Shown here: in pieces, positions 12,594-26,823 of the stretch
How positions within the stretch are numbered: position 1 is the first letter of the stretch
Layout of the letters: each line of letters opens with the position of its first letter
NCBI GenBank assembly: GCA_951406725.2
Contig: OX597820.1
Span: forward strand, 109,120,001-109,184,000
Reading direction: 5' to 3'
DNA length: 64,000 nucleotides
DNA from: Octopus vulgaris
Taxonomy: Eukaryota
The notes under the pieces: model-generated
Told to the model about the DNA's origin: nothing
The model's database searches: none
The model's input: the letters and a program-made list of their open reading frames with translations, nothing else
Made by a program: the position numbers and the translations under genes

Positions 12594-12953
12594 CCTTAAT
12601 TCCTTAAAAATGTTTTAGCCCGAAAGCTGCGGCCATGCTGGGGCATCACCGTTGAATGAGCTACACTAGTATGTGAAACCACCTCTGATACGTGGCACTT
12701 GATCAACAAGGGAGTTCAACGCCGCTGCCCGCATCTGTGTTTCCTGCCGAGAGGTAGGTTCATCTGGAACCCCTGAGAAGAAGAGATCCAGTTTAGTTTT
12801 AAAGAAACCTACATCCACACCATGCAGGTCTCTCAGGCATTTCGGAAGGATATTGAAGAGCTGTGGTCTCCTGAAACCCAAGCTGTTGCAGTATCTGGTC
12901 CTGTATTTTGATGGTGATGTTGGGATCTTTGGCACCATGCAGTGGCGCCCCGT
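12594..12953 (-). mobile_element. CR1-group LINE 3' fragment
   Basis: ORF 12666..12938 (YCNSLGFR..PQLFNILP..FKTKLDLF..GVPDEP) and conserved 3' hairpins. Confidence 0.88.
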
Positions 12954-12954
12954 T

Positions 12955-13292
12955 CATCATCATCATCGTTTAATGTCCACTTTCCAGCTGGCATGGGTTG
13001 GACGGTTTGACTGAGGACTGGCGAACCAGAAGGCTGCACCAGGCTCCAATCTTGATCTGGCAGAGTTTCTACAGCTTGATGCCCTTCCTTACGCCAACCA
13101 CTCCAAGAGTGTAGTGGGTGCTTTTACGTGCCATCGGCACGAGGGCCAGTCAGGCAGAGCTGTCAACGGCCACGCTCAAATGGTGCTTTTTACGTGCCAC
13201 CAGTTCAGGAGCCAGTCCAGCAGTACTGGCAATGACCTCGCTCAAATGTTTTTTCACATTCCACTGGCACCAGTGTCAGTAAGGCGACGCTG
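12955..13292 (-). mobile_element. RTE 3' UTR fragment
   Basis: (CAT)n on + strand followed by the RTE terminal sequence and GTGCC/GGCAC repeat units. Confidence 0.82.
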
Positions 13293-13979
13293 GTTTATAT
13301 ATACTTATATATATGTATTTATATATATATACATACACATGTATTTAAGTCATAATATATGGATTCAAATAATCCGGCTGAACTCATAAAAAAGCTCCTT
13401 AATGCATCCTTCTACAAAACATATAGAATATATGGTATAAGAGAAAACAATAATAATATAAATTATTTACGTGTTTTCAAGTTACAAAAGAATTTGTTGT
13501 GATTTTTTAACTTTCTTATTGTCAAATAAAATTTCTTCAATCTACTTCTCTGTCATTTATGACTTTAAAAATATATCGTATACCCACTTCAGGAAAGCAC
13601 ATACCCACTTCAGGAAAGGAAAAAAAGCTCTATAAATAAATACCTCTATAAATATAAATATCTCTTTCTACATTTTATCAAATTGTGATAACACTGAATT
13701 AAAATGGTTATACAGATTTTTCCCTTCCTGAAATGTGTATATATTTTTTTGATGGACTGTGTGTGTGTGTGTGTGTGTGTGTGAGATGTTCATAAGAGTC
13801 AGATAGGAGTTTTAAAACCACTTTTAAGGGAGAAATTCCTATCAGTCACCTTTTTGTAAGCTTATAAAGATCTAATTATTAAAGTAATTTTATTAGAGTG
13901 TGAAAAGAGGGAGATTTGGTGGTTATTATTATAAATGACTATACAGAGGTTATTGTGGGGGTTTAATTACCTCTCCCTA

Positions 13980-14024
<45 letters not shown>

Positions 14025-14030
<6 letters not shown>

Positions 14031-14289
14031 GAAATGAGGTAATCAGAAGATCGGATGGTTCATATTTACAGATATTTATTTATATATTACATTTTTTACA
14101 TATATATATCATATCATTCAGATCATTAGCACTTTCTCCCATTCTAGTGGGGTTTTGAAAACCCCACTAGAATGGGAGAAAGCGCTAATGATCTGAATGA
14201 TATGATATATATATGTAAAAAATGTAATATATAAATAAATATCTGTAAATATGAACCATCCGATCTTCTGATTACCTCATTTCTTCTAA
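14025..14289. repeat. Near-perfect palindrome (132-bp arms, 1-nt centre), probably derived from a PLE pLTR
   Basis: 14025-14156 is the reverse complement of 14158-14289 with one mismatch seen. Confidence 0.95.
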
Positions 14290-14320
14290 TATATAATACC
14301 TGTACATCATCTCCAAACCT

Positions 14321-14365
<45 letters not shown>

Positions 14366-14518
14366 CATGCCTAACACTTAGATAATGATATCTAGTTTGG
14401 GAGGTTCTGTGGTACACATACACACGTGTGTGTGAGTGTGTGTGTGTGTATATACACACATGAGTAAGCACATAAATTCAAAACAAGGTAGAAAAATATA
14501 GTCCTTGAATACCAAAGC

Positions 14519-14551
<33 letters not shown>

Positions 14552-14554
14552 TAC

Positions 14555-15406
14555 TTTATATAATTAGAGTTCACCAAAAAAATTTGCTTTACCACATACC
14601 GAACTTTTAGAAATAGCAGCCAAAGAATTCATCTATTTCTTCTACTATAAGAAGAGTCTGCCAGACAATGTATACTCAAAAAAACAATTCACGTAGGCAT
14701 AGAGGGAAAAATGACGAAATTTGATTACTTGTGAACGCATTTCTGCATTAGTCAGATATAGAGATGCTAGAAATACATCCCTATTCTAACATTCCCGTCA
14801 TCAGCACAAAGATTTCATTAAATTTAAATTCGAGAGCACTAAAAATCGAACATACTCATCTGATTTGAGTAACTTCAGACAAACCATTTTCGAAATCCAG
14901 TACTAACAAATTCAAAACATACGAATGAGGCTCCGCATCCTCCCCTGTCCACCCACGTGAGTTATAGAGCAACAAATTCCTACAGAAGAATCTGTAGTTT
15001 ATTATCAGGGAGAGAATTATATTGTCAATGATAATAAAGGGTAAAATTAATTAATTAATTAGTAATTAATAATTAATAATTTTACCAAGCAGTGTTCAGT
15101 ATGTAAAAGTACCATTTACGGTAAACTTAAACATTAATTTATATAATTAGGGTTCAGCAAAAAAATTTGCTTTACCACATACCGAGCTTTTAGAAATAGC
15201 AGCCAAAGAATTTAGCTATTTCTTCTACTATAAGAAGAGTCTCCCAGACAATGTATACTCAAAAAAACAATTCACATAGGATATAGAGGGAAAAATAACG
15301 AAAGTTCACTCGAAATTTGATTACTTGTGAACGCGTTTCTGGGTTAGTCAATTGTTTTTTTGAGTATATATTGTCTGGGAGACTCTTCTTATAGTAGAAG
15401 AAATAG
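14555..15406 (-). mobile_element. Penelope-like pLTR remnant: partial direct repeat plus inverted terminal piece
   Basis: 14555-14753 is repeated at 15138-15350. 15352-15406 is an inverted copy of 15216-15270. It contains a hammerhead motif. Confidence 0.65.
14729..14809 (-). ncRNA. Candidate type I hammerhead ribozyme with palindromic stem III and enlarged domain II
   Basis: Minus strand: UUGUG CUGAUGA ...hairpin... GAAA UGCG UU CACAA. The sister repeat at 15325-15343 reads CCCA GAAA CGCG UU CACAA. Confidence 0.68.
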
Positions 15407-16200
15407 TCCGGCCCACAAGGACGATGACTCAAACTGTCAGTATTACCACGTACCCGCCCCGGACGGTGCTGTACCTCATAGTTGTATTGGTCCAGTTTCC
15501 CTAGCCAGTGTGGTAATTGTCTCTCCGGGTTCTGTAGTGTCTTCAACCACTTGAGTGCTGCATTGTCCATTCTGATGGTAAAGTGCAAACTGTACAGGTA
15601 CGGATGGAAAAAGTCAATGCTCTTCATCACCGCCAAAAGCTCCTCACAGGTTACACAGTAGTTTCGCTCGGGTGGAATAAGCTTTTTACTGTAATATGCC
15701 ACCACATATTCCTTGTTGCCCTTCCTCTGAGACAGTACTCCTCCAATATCATGGCTACTGGTGTCACAGTCTAGTACGAAAGGCTTGCCTAGGTCTGGGT
15801 ATAGTAACACCGGAGAACTCACTAGCGCCTGTTTGAGTCTAAAAGTACACCGTGTCATGGCAGTCCACTCAAACCTTTGGCTCTTCCCCAGTAGCTTGTG
15901 CAACGGTGCAGCCAACGTCACAAAATCTTCTATGAAGCGCCTATAATAGGTGCCCAGTCCCAGTCCAAGACCTCTCAATTCTTTTACACCAGTAGGAACC
16001 GGCCAATATTTCACTGTCACTTTACTTAACGCTCTATAACCCACATAGCATCTCGCTGTACCGTCTCCATTCTGCACGACAACAATTGCTGATGACCAGG
16101 GACTGCTCGGCCTTTCCACTACTCACTGGCGTAGATATCCCTTCATTTTCCACCGCTGAACTGGGACCATCCTCCAAGCTGGCTACTTCATCCGCAACAT
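15407..16200 (-). mobile_element. Ty3/Gypsy LTR retrotransposon pol fragment (RT remnant and RNase H), internally deleted
   Basis: SSPWSSAIVVV, YYRRFI, FEWT, PVLLYPD..KPFVLDCD, VVAYYSKKL...ERNY, EELLAV, HRPG..NTDSLS. Confidence 0.92.
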
Positions 16201-16278
16201 CTGAGTGCCATCTAAGTAAAAGAGTAAAGAGTAAGAGTATATATGTATATATATGTATATATATATATTTATGTATAA

Positions 16279-16323
<45 letters not shown>

Positions 16324-16332
16324 ATGTATAAA

Positions 16333-17799
16333 TCTCTTATTATCTGCCTCCCTTTGTAACTTATAGAAATCTACAATATAGGATTTCTTCAATTACAATT
16401 TACCTAGCATTTTTAAGAGTAGAATGCATCGGGTCATGCCAGGTCCAGTTTTTAAAATTTAAACTCCAATTAAGCAAAATTTACAGAAAACTCACATTCT
16501 GGTGTGTATGTCAAATGCTTTTCTTAATGTGGTTTACACCACACGCACACACACAGTGTGCAATGAATAAAATGAAAGTAAATAGCGACAGAGTGATTTG
16601 AGGAAGACTAAACTGAAAGTATTTAAACCACTACTCAAAAAATAAAAAAAACACAGCAAACAGAAACAAATAAATACATAACGATTTACTCCTCACACAA
16701 TTTCTTCAATTAGAGTTTACCTAAGATTTTTCAAAGTAATCCATTCGGTCATGCCATAATATATTTCTTTCAATTTCACCCCCAATTAAGACAAAATTCG
16801 AGAAAACTCAATATTTTAACATTTCACTCCGAAAGCATTGATGTACATGTGTGCGTGCGTGAGTGTGTGTGTGTGTGTGTGTTTGATGGGTTGTGCGACA
16901 CAGAAAGTGTGGTGTGTAAGTGAAGTGCTTTTGTTAGTGTGTGTAAAGAGACAGACAGAGTGAAAGACAGAAATAACTGAACTTTTTTTATTCATGCGAG
17001 CGTGCTTCTAAGCGCGCGTAATTGAAAGTTTTCACTATGATATCATCACGTGCGAAGAAATTCAAAGGGTTTTGAACAATTGAGATACACATGTCACGCC
17101 TGTATTGAAACCATTGCTAAGCTGCCGTAATTGCTTAATTAAGACTTTGTTTAAATTGAAAGGGGCAAATATGTGACGAGGTTGAAAAAAAATACACCAG
17201 AAAAAAAAATGTACTGCTGGTATTTATATAATTCACTACTATTTTGCTACAATGTCATGAAAAAGAAAAAAAATTAGGTATGTAAATCGAATTCGCCACC
17301 CCCTTTTCCCCGTTCGCGTTTGTGTAAAAAAAATTATTATTTAAGTTTTAAAAATTATTTACTTTGTTCAAAAAATATTAATATTAATTAATTTTCAAGA
17401 ATTGTTTAATTTTATTCTGTAAAATAGTAATTAATTCATTTATCTGTAAATCCGCGAGGTTGTTACTCAGGCACCTAGAATGGTAACCTTCAACTAACAC
17501 TATCTCCTCCAAGACCCTGCAGCGCAAGTTGACCAAAATTGAGAGTATGGTAGAAGAAGGGTTGCTCTTCCTTCCGTAGAACATAAAATTCAAATCGGAC
17601 CATGTTAACACCAAAAATTATTTACATCAAAAAGATGCTTTTTTCTATGAAAATCCCTATTTTTTACGATTTTTTCACTGCTGTGTCGCCACTTTTCGGT
17701 GTATTTCGACCAGAAAAATGTTCACAAAATTTTTACTTTTCAAAATTACAATTCCAACGGGTCGAAACAAACCCGAGCAACACCGGGCGATACTGCTAG
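16333..17799 (+). mobile_element. Non-autonomous Helitron-like element
   Basis: A|TC start; 3' hairpin CCCGAGCAACACCGGG then CTAG|T; internal degenerate repeat (about 16385-16495 vs 16700-16815). The 5' boundary is tentative. Confidence 0.55.
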
Positions 17800-17800
17800 T

Positions 17801-19752
<1,952 letters not shown>

Positions 19753-20520
19753 CTGGAGTGGGTAAAGTAAGGGTGGGGTGTGGGTTAGGCTGAGGGTGGG
19801 AGTAGAGGTGGGTTATGTGGGAGTGGGTGTAAGGGGTGGGGTTGGATGGGGAAGGATAGGAAAGCTGGGGTTGGAATATGTAGGGGTGGGGTGGGCTTAC
19901 GAGGGAGGGTAATGATGAAGGGAGGAAGGAGAAGATGGGTAGGAGTGAAGAGAAGTAGGAGTCAGAGCAAGAGAAGAGAGGTGAGTGGGAATATATAGGT
20001 GTGAGTGGGGAGAGAGGCGAGGGGAGGAGAAAAAGTTAGATGAAGAGAGGAAGGGGCGAAGAGAGAAGATTAATCCCTGTTCAAGGCGCAAATGGGAGTC
20101 CGGATGGCCCCTGTGCAAGGACAATCTGAACACGGACAGGTGTTGCAAAGAGGGACATGTAGAGCGGAAATGGTGCAAGACTGGAGTATCATTGCCGAGT
20201 CAGATGTCTCAGAGGTGTTCCGTGAACCGGTCAGCCAAGCGGCATCCCGTTTGCCTGATGTCTAGAGAATGGCAGAGAGAGAGTAGGAGATGCAATAGAT
20301 GATATTGGTACTAGTGCAGATGAAGGAGTCAGTGATGTGATAGGGTCGATGATGAGTGCCAGTGAGGAGGGTGGTGTTGGAGAGGTAAGGGCAAGTGTGG
20401 CAGCGTGGGCGGGAGCAAGGTTGGGTTAGGGAAGAAGCTGTGGACCAAGAGGTCTTGTATGTTGTGGGCTCGTTTGAAGGAGGGGAAGAGTCGATTAGGG
20501 AAGATGTGCGAACTGGAGGG
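19753..20520 (-). mobile_element. Penelope-like (Neptune-like) GIY-YIG fragment with CT-rich 3' region
   Basis: SFKRAHNIQDLLV..RCHTCP..FICTSTNIIYCISY..QTGCRLADRFTEH..PVLHHF..RLEQGLIFSL. Confidence 0.8.
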
Positions 20521-20839
20521 GTTTTCCTTTAGTTATTTTTTACTAAATGAGTAAATGGTTAAACTAGGCAATCTAACTGGTTTCAAAGGTCATTATTGTG
20601 AAGAATGTTGAAAATGTAGTAATTGACAAATGGGACACATAGTCTGAGAGATGGTGTTGTTGTTGGTGGTGGTGGTAGTGGTGAAGTAAACAGTGATTAG
20701 ATAACTTGACAACTTTGATCATGTTCAGGTTTTCTTGTTTGAAGTGATTAGGTGATCAGTGAAGAGATAAGATATTATCTCATCTGTTTGTGAATCTCAC
20801 ACATTACTGAATGAAATATAACTACTCTTTTATTGCTTT

Positions 20840-21310
20840 CAGGTCAAAGCTGCTGGGCCACCGCTGTTTTGCTACACTGTTATTATTGAGAGCCTCTTCT
20901 GATATGTGGCGTTTAGTCAATAAGGGAGTTTGATGTCACTACCCTCATTTGTGCCTCTTTCTGCGAGTTAGGTTCATCTGGGACTCTCGACAGGAAGAGA
21001 TCCAGTTGGGGAGATCATAGTTGGGAGCAGTAGTCTAGGTGACTAAAGATGAATGTCCTCCAGAGCACCATCATGATTTCCTTCTCTCTGCTTCTGAAGG
21101 TTCTCAGCTGTCTGTACTGTGTCACCTTCCTGGTAATGTGCACTCGGAAAGAGATATCATCACTCATGTCGATACCCAGGTTATGCACTGATTTAGGTTC
21201 TAGGATAGTAATCCCCTGTGGGCTAGTGTACCCTGTAAATTTTTTGTGTGGCTTTAGGTGCTGTTGGCACAGGGTTTGGAATTTTCCAGCATTTAACTGC
21301 ATATTATTGT
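20840..21310 (-). mobile_element. Degenerate CR1-group LINE 3' fragment
   Basis: MQLNAGKFQ, LRTFRSRE..MMVLWRTFIFSHLDYCSQL; 3' end resembles 60781-60840. Confidence 0.78.
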
Positions 21311-21414
21311 CGTGTGTGTGTGTGTGTATGTATGTATATATGTGTGTGTGTGTATACATATTAAAGTTAAGGTATATAACAGTATATGTAACGAGGATGC
21401 AGCTGTGTGAGATG

Positions 21415-21445
<31 letters not shown>

Positions 21446-21507
21446 TTATGTATGTATGTATGTGTGTGTGTGTATGTGTGTGTATGTATGTGTGTATGTA
21501 TATATAT

Positions 21508-21740
21508 TAAAGTTAAGGTATATAACACATTCTTCCTCCCATCTTTGCTATATAGAAGTAAGGCATGGGTTTTTTACTGTAGGCAGGTAAGGCAATTGGA
21601 ATGATTTCATCAATACTGTCTGAGAAAAATTTGGGGATAAACTGGAAAATGGCCATTAGTAATGTGGAGGTGCTTGAGAGAAGTGGCAGTAGAAGTATAG
21701 AATCAATGATTTTGCAAAGACGTTTGAGATGGTGGCGTGG
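21508..21740 (+). mobile_element. RTE/BovB-like LINE C-terminal fragment
   Basis: KVKVY...LPSLLY..AW...QLE.FHQ.CLRK.LGINW...SN.EVL.RS...SIE....RRLRW. Confidence 0.72.
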
Positions 21741-23206
21741 GACATTTGGAGTACTCAGCCATTTGTTCATTAATTTTATGAGCAGACTGTTCCATTGATC
21801 AGATAAACAGGAACGTCATCGCTGTAACTGACAGAATACCATATTTTCTTTAAAATAGAGCGGAAGAAAAGGAAATGTTCTGTATCATAATGCAAAAATA
21901 TCATGTGTTTAGTATAAACAGTGAAAGCTAAGATGAAATAATTGCTATTCTGTCATGTAGTGACTTTGCCCTCAACTCAGGCCCAGTTTGATAACAGCCT
22001 GAGCATCAGTATTTATCTGGGGGGCTTGGCCTCCAGATCTGTGAGACCCACAAATGCTGCTGTTAGAACCCTATTAACACCCTTAGCGAACCTAATGACT
22101 AAAGAGATTTTCCTGCCCCTATATAGGATCTTTTTTTATCTTCCAAGGTTTATCTTGCTCCAGTCTACTCAGCTGGCCAAATTGAGTTGTAGCTGTAACT
22201 CAAAGGGGCCAGTCATGTCATATTCTGTGTGAGGCTGAATCTCCCTAAGAACTATGTTAATGGTATGCATGTCTGTGGAATACTTAGCCACTTGTGAGTT
22301 AATTTTATCTTTGTGTGATAATGAAAACTGAAGGTGACAATCCAATATTTGTTGTAGTTAATTGTCTTTGATTTAACAATGTGTCTATTTATCTATGTAT
22401 CAACTTTTCTTTTGATCTATGTATCTATTTTTCTTATGACCTACGTATCTACTTTTCTTGTGATGTATGTTTTAGTCTACTCTGAATATACTGATAAACG
22501 TTTAAAAAAACAAAACAAATGCTGTCTCCATTCACTGTCTCTTTCTCTTCTCTGTCTTCCTCTCTCCCACATTGCCACTCGCTTCTTCCCTTGAAGTAAG
22601 TATGACACACATGATAGGTATGTACAAAATCAAAAAGTTGGCATTATTGATATTATTGATAATAATGATAATAATAATTACCTACCACATCCCTTTGTTG
22701 GCATCATTTTTCAACAACAGTACCATTTCCTGTTTCTTCACTGTGCTAGATGTGGTAGACATCTGTCCAGACTTCATCAAACAAGTCTGACATGAATTTG
22801 TAGAAGTCATAGAGTAGGCCATCCAAACTAGGTGATTTGCTCTTTGTGCAATTACTTATCACCTCCTACATATTGTCCCCTTGTTTTTGAGCACACAGGC
22901 CTTTGCTCTGACTACACTGGCATCATGTTTTGCCTAAAAGAAATGATCAAGGCCAATGACTACGAAGATTAAACCTCATCTCCACCATCCATTCTCTCCT
23001 GTTGAGGTAGCCATGTATCTCCTCTATGGCAAAAAACTTGTTCCTGTCCTGCTGATATACTTTATCCTCTTAAGATCTAGCACAAAGTACTTCCCCTCAA
23101 TACTGCACTGCCACTCTGTCAAAGGGTCTCAATCGCAAGCTGTCAAAGAGTCTCAATTGCAATTGCAACCTTATAAGTGCTAGTATCACAAAAAAACACC
23201 CAATAC

Positions 23207-23365
23207 ACCCTGTGAAATGGCTAGCATTAGTAGGAATACCTGGCAATAGAAGCCATACCAAAGCAGACATTGGAGCGTGACACAGACCTCTGGCTTGTCA
23301 GATCCTGTTGAACCATCCAACCCATTCCAGCATGGAATATGGACATTAAATGATGATGATGATGG
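23207..23365 (+). mobile_element. RTE 3' tail fragment
   Basis: ccatccaacccattccagcatggaatatggacattaaatgatgatgatg terminus. Confidence 0.7.
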
Positions 23366-23380
23366 CATGAAGCCATACAT

Positions 23381-24758
23381 TTAGGCTAAGGGACGTAATA
23401 AATTAAGGGACATAATAAATTAAATCAACCATAATGCTTGATAGCTGGCACTTAATTTATCCACCCCGAAAGTATTAAAGTCACATTTAACTGTAGGATT
23501 TGACTTTAGAAGGTTAAGAAAAAAGCTTACCAAAATACCACTAAGAATTTTGTTTATCACTGTACCACTGCTGCTAACTCACTGCAGTGGAATTTGAACT
23601 CTAAATGTAAAGAGCCAGAACATATACAATATTGTGTTTGTTTTTTTCCAATACTCTAGTGATTCTGTCAATTTACCATCTTTCATTGATTCTGAATTAG
23701 TCATGAGGCCTGAAATTTTGTGGTGGGATGATGGATTAGGCGATATCATTGACCTCTGACAATGAAAGCAAAGTTGACTTTGGTGTTATATAAACTCAGA
23801 ACATAAAGAGCTGGAACAAATATTGGAAAGAATTTTGTTGCAACAACAACAATAATAATAATAATGAAAATAATGGTTTCTTATTTAGGCATAAGATCAG
23901 CAATCTTGAGGGGAGGGGAATTTGAACTCAGAATATGAAGAGCCGGAATAAATACCATTAGGTGTTTTGGTCAACACTAACTATTCTGCCAATCCACAAT
24001 CCTTTTATATAATAGTGCCTGACATAGGCACAAGGGTGCAAATTTGTGAGAGAGGTTAGGCAGTTAATTCATCCTCAGTACTTGTACTTTATTCTATCAA
24101 CCCCAGAAGGTTGAAAGTTGAAGTTGATCTTGGCTCCATTTGAAGTCAGATTATAGAGTCAGAACAAATATTGTGAGGAATTTTGCTTATTGTTTACTGA
24201 ATCTGCTAATTCATTGCAATAAATAAATAAAAATTAAAACTGAAATGATATGAGCAAATAAAAAGTTGATCAGGCAGGACTATATTTAATATAGACATAC
24301 CTTCCCATGCTGTTAATCTGGAGATATATTTAACTCAATATTATCTAACAAGTTAATAGATGAATACAAGAAGACATCTCTGATAATCCACCACCCTAAT
24401 AGTTCTAATTTTGGCACAAGGCCGACAATTTTGAGTTGGATGAGGGAACCAGTTAAATCAATAAGTGATACTTAATTTATCAACTTTGAACTGCTAAAAG
24501 GCAAAGTCAACTTTGGTGGAATTTGATCTCAAAATATAATGAGAAAAAATACTGTAAAACAGTTATTCTGATGCTCTAACTGTTCTGCCAGTAATAGCGA
24601 TGATGAGGATTTCTAACTTAGGCCTGAGGTCATAAATTTGGTGGTAGCTGTAGAGTTATTTCATATGTTCTTCCAGAGCCCCACACTACTTCTTATTTTA
24701 TTGATCCCCAGAAATATGGAAAAGCAAAGTTAACCCCAGTAAGATTTGAACTCAAAGT
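23381..24758 (-). mobile_element. Cluster of about seven degenerate Meta-type tRNA SINE copies, same orientation
   Basis: Repeated aaaggcaaagtcaac..ggaatttgaactcagaa..aaatac..ttctgcca motifs matching the SINE at 33448-33667. Confidence 0.72.
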
Positions 24759-24995
24759 AATCAGTTGCAGTGATAATGATATTTTATTTTTGAAGATTCA
24801 GTTTGTCACAGTCAAGAAATGATGTTTATAATAATAATGATGTCACTAAAAATTTAGACTGGAGGAATAATTAACACTTTTTTTGTGCAGATATAAGCAA
24901 TGTATAACCAACTATAATAATAATGATTATTATTATTTTGCAGGTGCTAGTGCCAATAGCTGAAGAATCATTTGGTCAGACAGTGAGGGCCAGCC

Positions 24996-25199
24996 ATGGA
25001 AACAAAACCTTTACCATCTGTTGCTGAATATTATGCAGGCAAATGCATGTTTATCACTGGAGCAACTGGATTTATTGGTAAAGTCCTCATTGAAAAGTTG
25101 CTCAGATGTTGTCCTGGTATAAAGACTATTTATATGCTAATGCGACCGAAGAAAGGCCAAAGTATTGATGAGCGGTTCCAAGATTTGTTGCACAGTCGT
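24996..25199 (+). CDS. FAR: Fatty acyl-CoA reductase, first coding exon (68 aa)
   Basis: gccagccATGg Kozak; FITGATGFIGKVLIEKLLR.CP.IK.IY.LMRPKKGQ Rossmann motif typical of FARs; acceptor ttttgcag at 24943; donor GTGAGT at 25200, phase 0. Confidence 0.93.
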
Positions 25200-26254
25200 G
25201 TGAGTTGGATCTCTCTTTCCCTCACCTCCCTCAGTTTTTCATTTTTGATCCTTTGAATGTGCTTTATCTCCCCATCACAGTTTTATTATAGAAATATGTT
25301 CTGTGTTAATTCAGTCAATTTTAGATTAGTCTCCAACAAAAAAGCATGTTTAGTGGTCTACCTATTCCACCATTCATCAAACCTAGTAATGATGTCATTA
25401 TTTCTAAATAGTAATGAGGTTATTATTAATAAGTAATAGTAGTAGTATGTGGTAGAGGTGGTGTGATTAACAAGATAAGGATTTGAGAGTTCATATCTAT
25501 GGCGGATGCTTCATTGTTTCTGGGCTGTTCTCTTATCTTCTAGATTGCCCTGATTCATTTAACTGTGAGCAAATCAATGTCGTAAGTTATTTGATAGGTT
25601 TTATCATAGACTTAATATATTGTCCAGTAGGAAAATTTATCTATTAACTTCTTAAAAGAAATCGCTGATCAAGGTATACATGTAGATATTGAAAAATTGT
25701 TCATCTCTGAAGATGATGTTAGTTGTTTAAATAGTGATAATTTTATTGAACTCAATTCATCTCAGACATTTAAACAATAGATATCTGCAATGAATATTGA
25801 TAGTATACTAACATTGCAAGTATATTGAATATTAGGGAATTACACACAGCTATAGTATTACATTAAATAAGATGCCCCACCCGCTTTTTTTTACTCTTAA
25901 GCCAATCTTTGTTAAATTAAGTGAAATTAAGTTTGACTGGAATATTATATTTGTATATTATTCTCTTGGTATCAGCTATTAATATGTTTAATCTTTGCTT
26001 ATTATACTTTACCTAACTGATTTTACTTAACCGAACTGCTATTAACAGAAGAACTAGAAATAGATTGACAAATGTTAGTGCAAGGAAAGGGACACTGATC
26101 TTTGGTAATATGACAATGTTAATAATAGTAGTAATGATGATGATTGTCAGGAATGTAGAGCAACTAAATGTAAAGCTCCAGTCTTTGTTTATGTCACAGT
26201 GTTAATAACACCAATGATAACAGTAACAAATACCACCAAAACAAAATAATAATT

Positions 26255-26823
26255 ATCCTTTCTACTATAGGCACAAGGCCTGACATTCTGGGGGAAGGGC
26301 TACTCAGTTACATTGACACCAGTGCACACCTGGTACAGCCCTGAAAGAACGAAAGGCAAAGTCGATCTTGATGGCATTTGAACTCAAAATGTAGACTGAT
26401 GAAATACTGCTAAGCATTTTGTCTTACATTCTAATGATTCTGCCAGCTCACCACCTTAATAATAAAAAAAAAAACTGCTGCTGATGATAGTGATAATAAT
26501 AAGCAGCAGCCTGGAGTTAAGAAGTCTGGAGCTGAAACAAGCTTTTCTCCAGTGCTAACCACTACAATAACAAGCATCACAACAGCAAAATGATAATGAT
26601 AGTCCTTTCTACTATAAGCACAAGGCCTGGAATTTGTGCATGTGTGTGTGTGTGTGAATTGTCAATCACATTGACCTCAGTACTTGACTGGTACTTATTT
26701 TATCAACTCTGAAAGGATAAAAGGCAAAATTGACCTCAGCAGAATTTGAACTTAGAAAGCAAAGACGGACAAAATGCTGTGAAGCCTTTTGTCTGGTGAG
26801 CTAGTGATTCTGCCAGCTTGCTG
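26255..26823 (-). mobile_element. Two Meta-type SINE copies (26255-26458 and 26600-26823)
   Basis: ctactataggcacaaggcctg tail, gaaaggcaaagtcga, atttgaactc, gattctgccagct. Confidence 0.78.

Noticed and set aside
13380-13760. Possible MITE with duplicated ATACCCACTTCAGGAAAG
   Set aside because: Paired terminal inverted repeats and a TSD could not be established
16980-17330. CpG-rich patch as the FAR promoter
   Set aside because: Lies inside a putative Helitron-like repeat; no independent promoter evidence
20826-20880. tttcag|gtc as a possible FAR 5' UTR exon acceptor
   Set aside because: The sequence is better explained as the degenerate 3' end of a minus-strand CR1-group LINE
25200-25256. 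C-terminal part of the 86-aa ORF 24996..25256
   Set aside because: Intron read-through past the GTGAGT donor; FAR homology resumes at 36221
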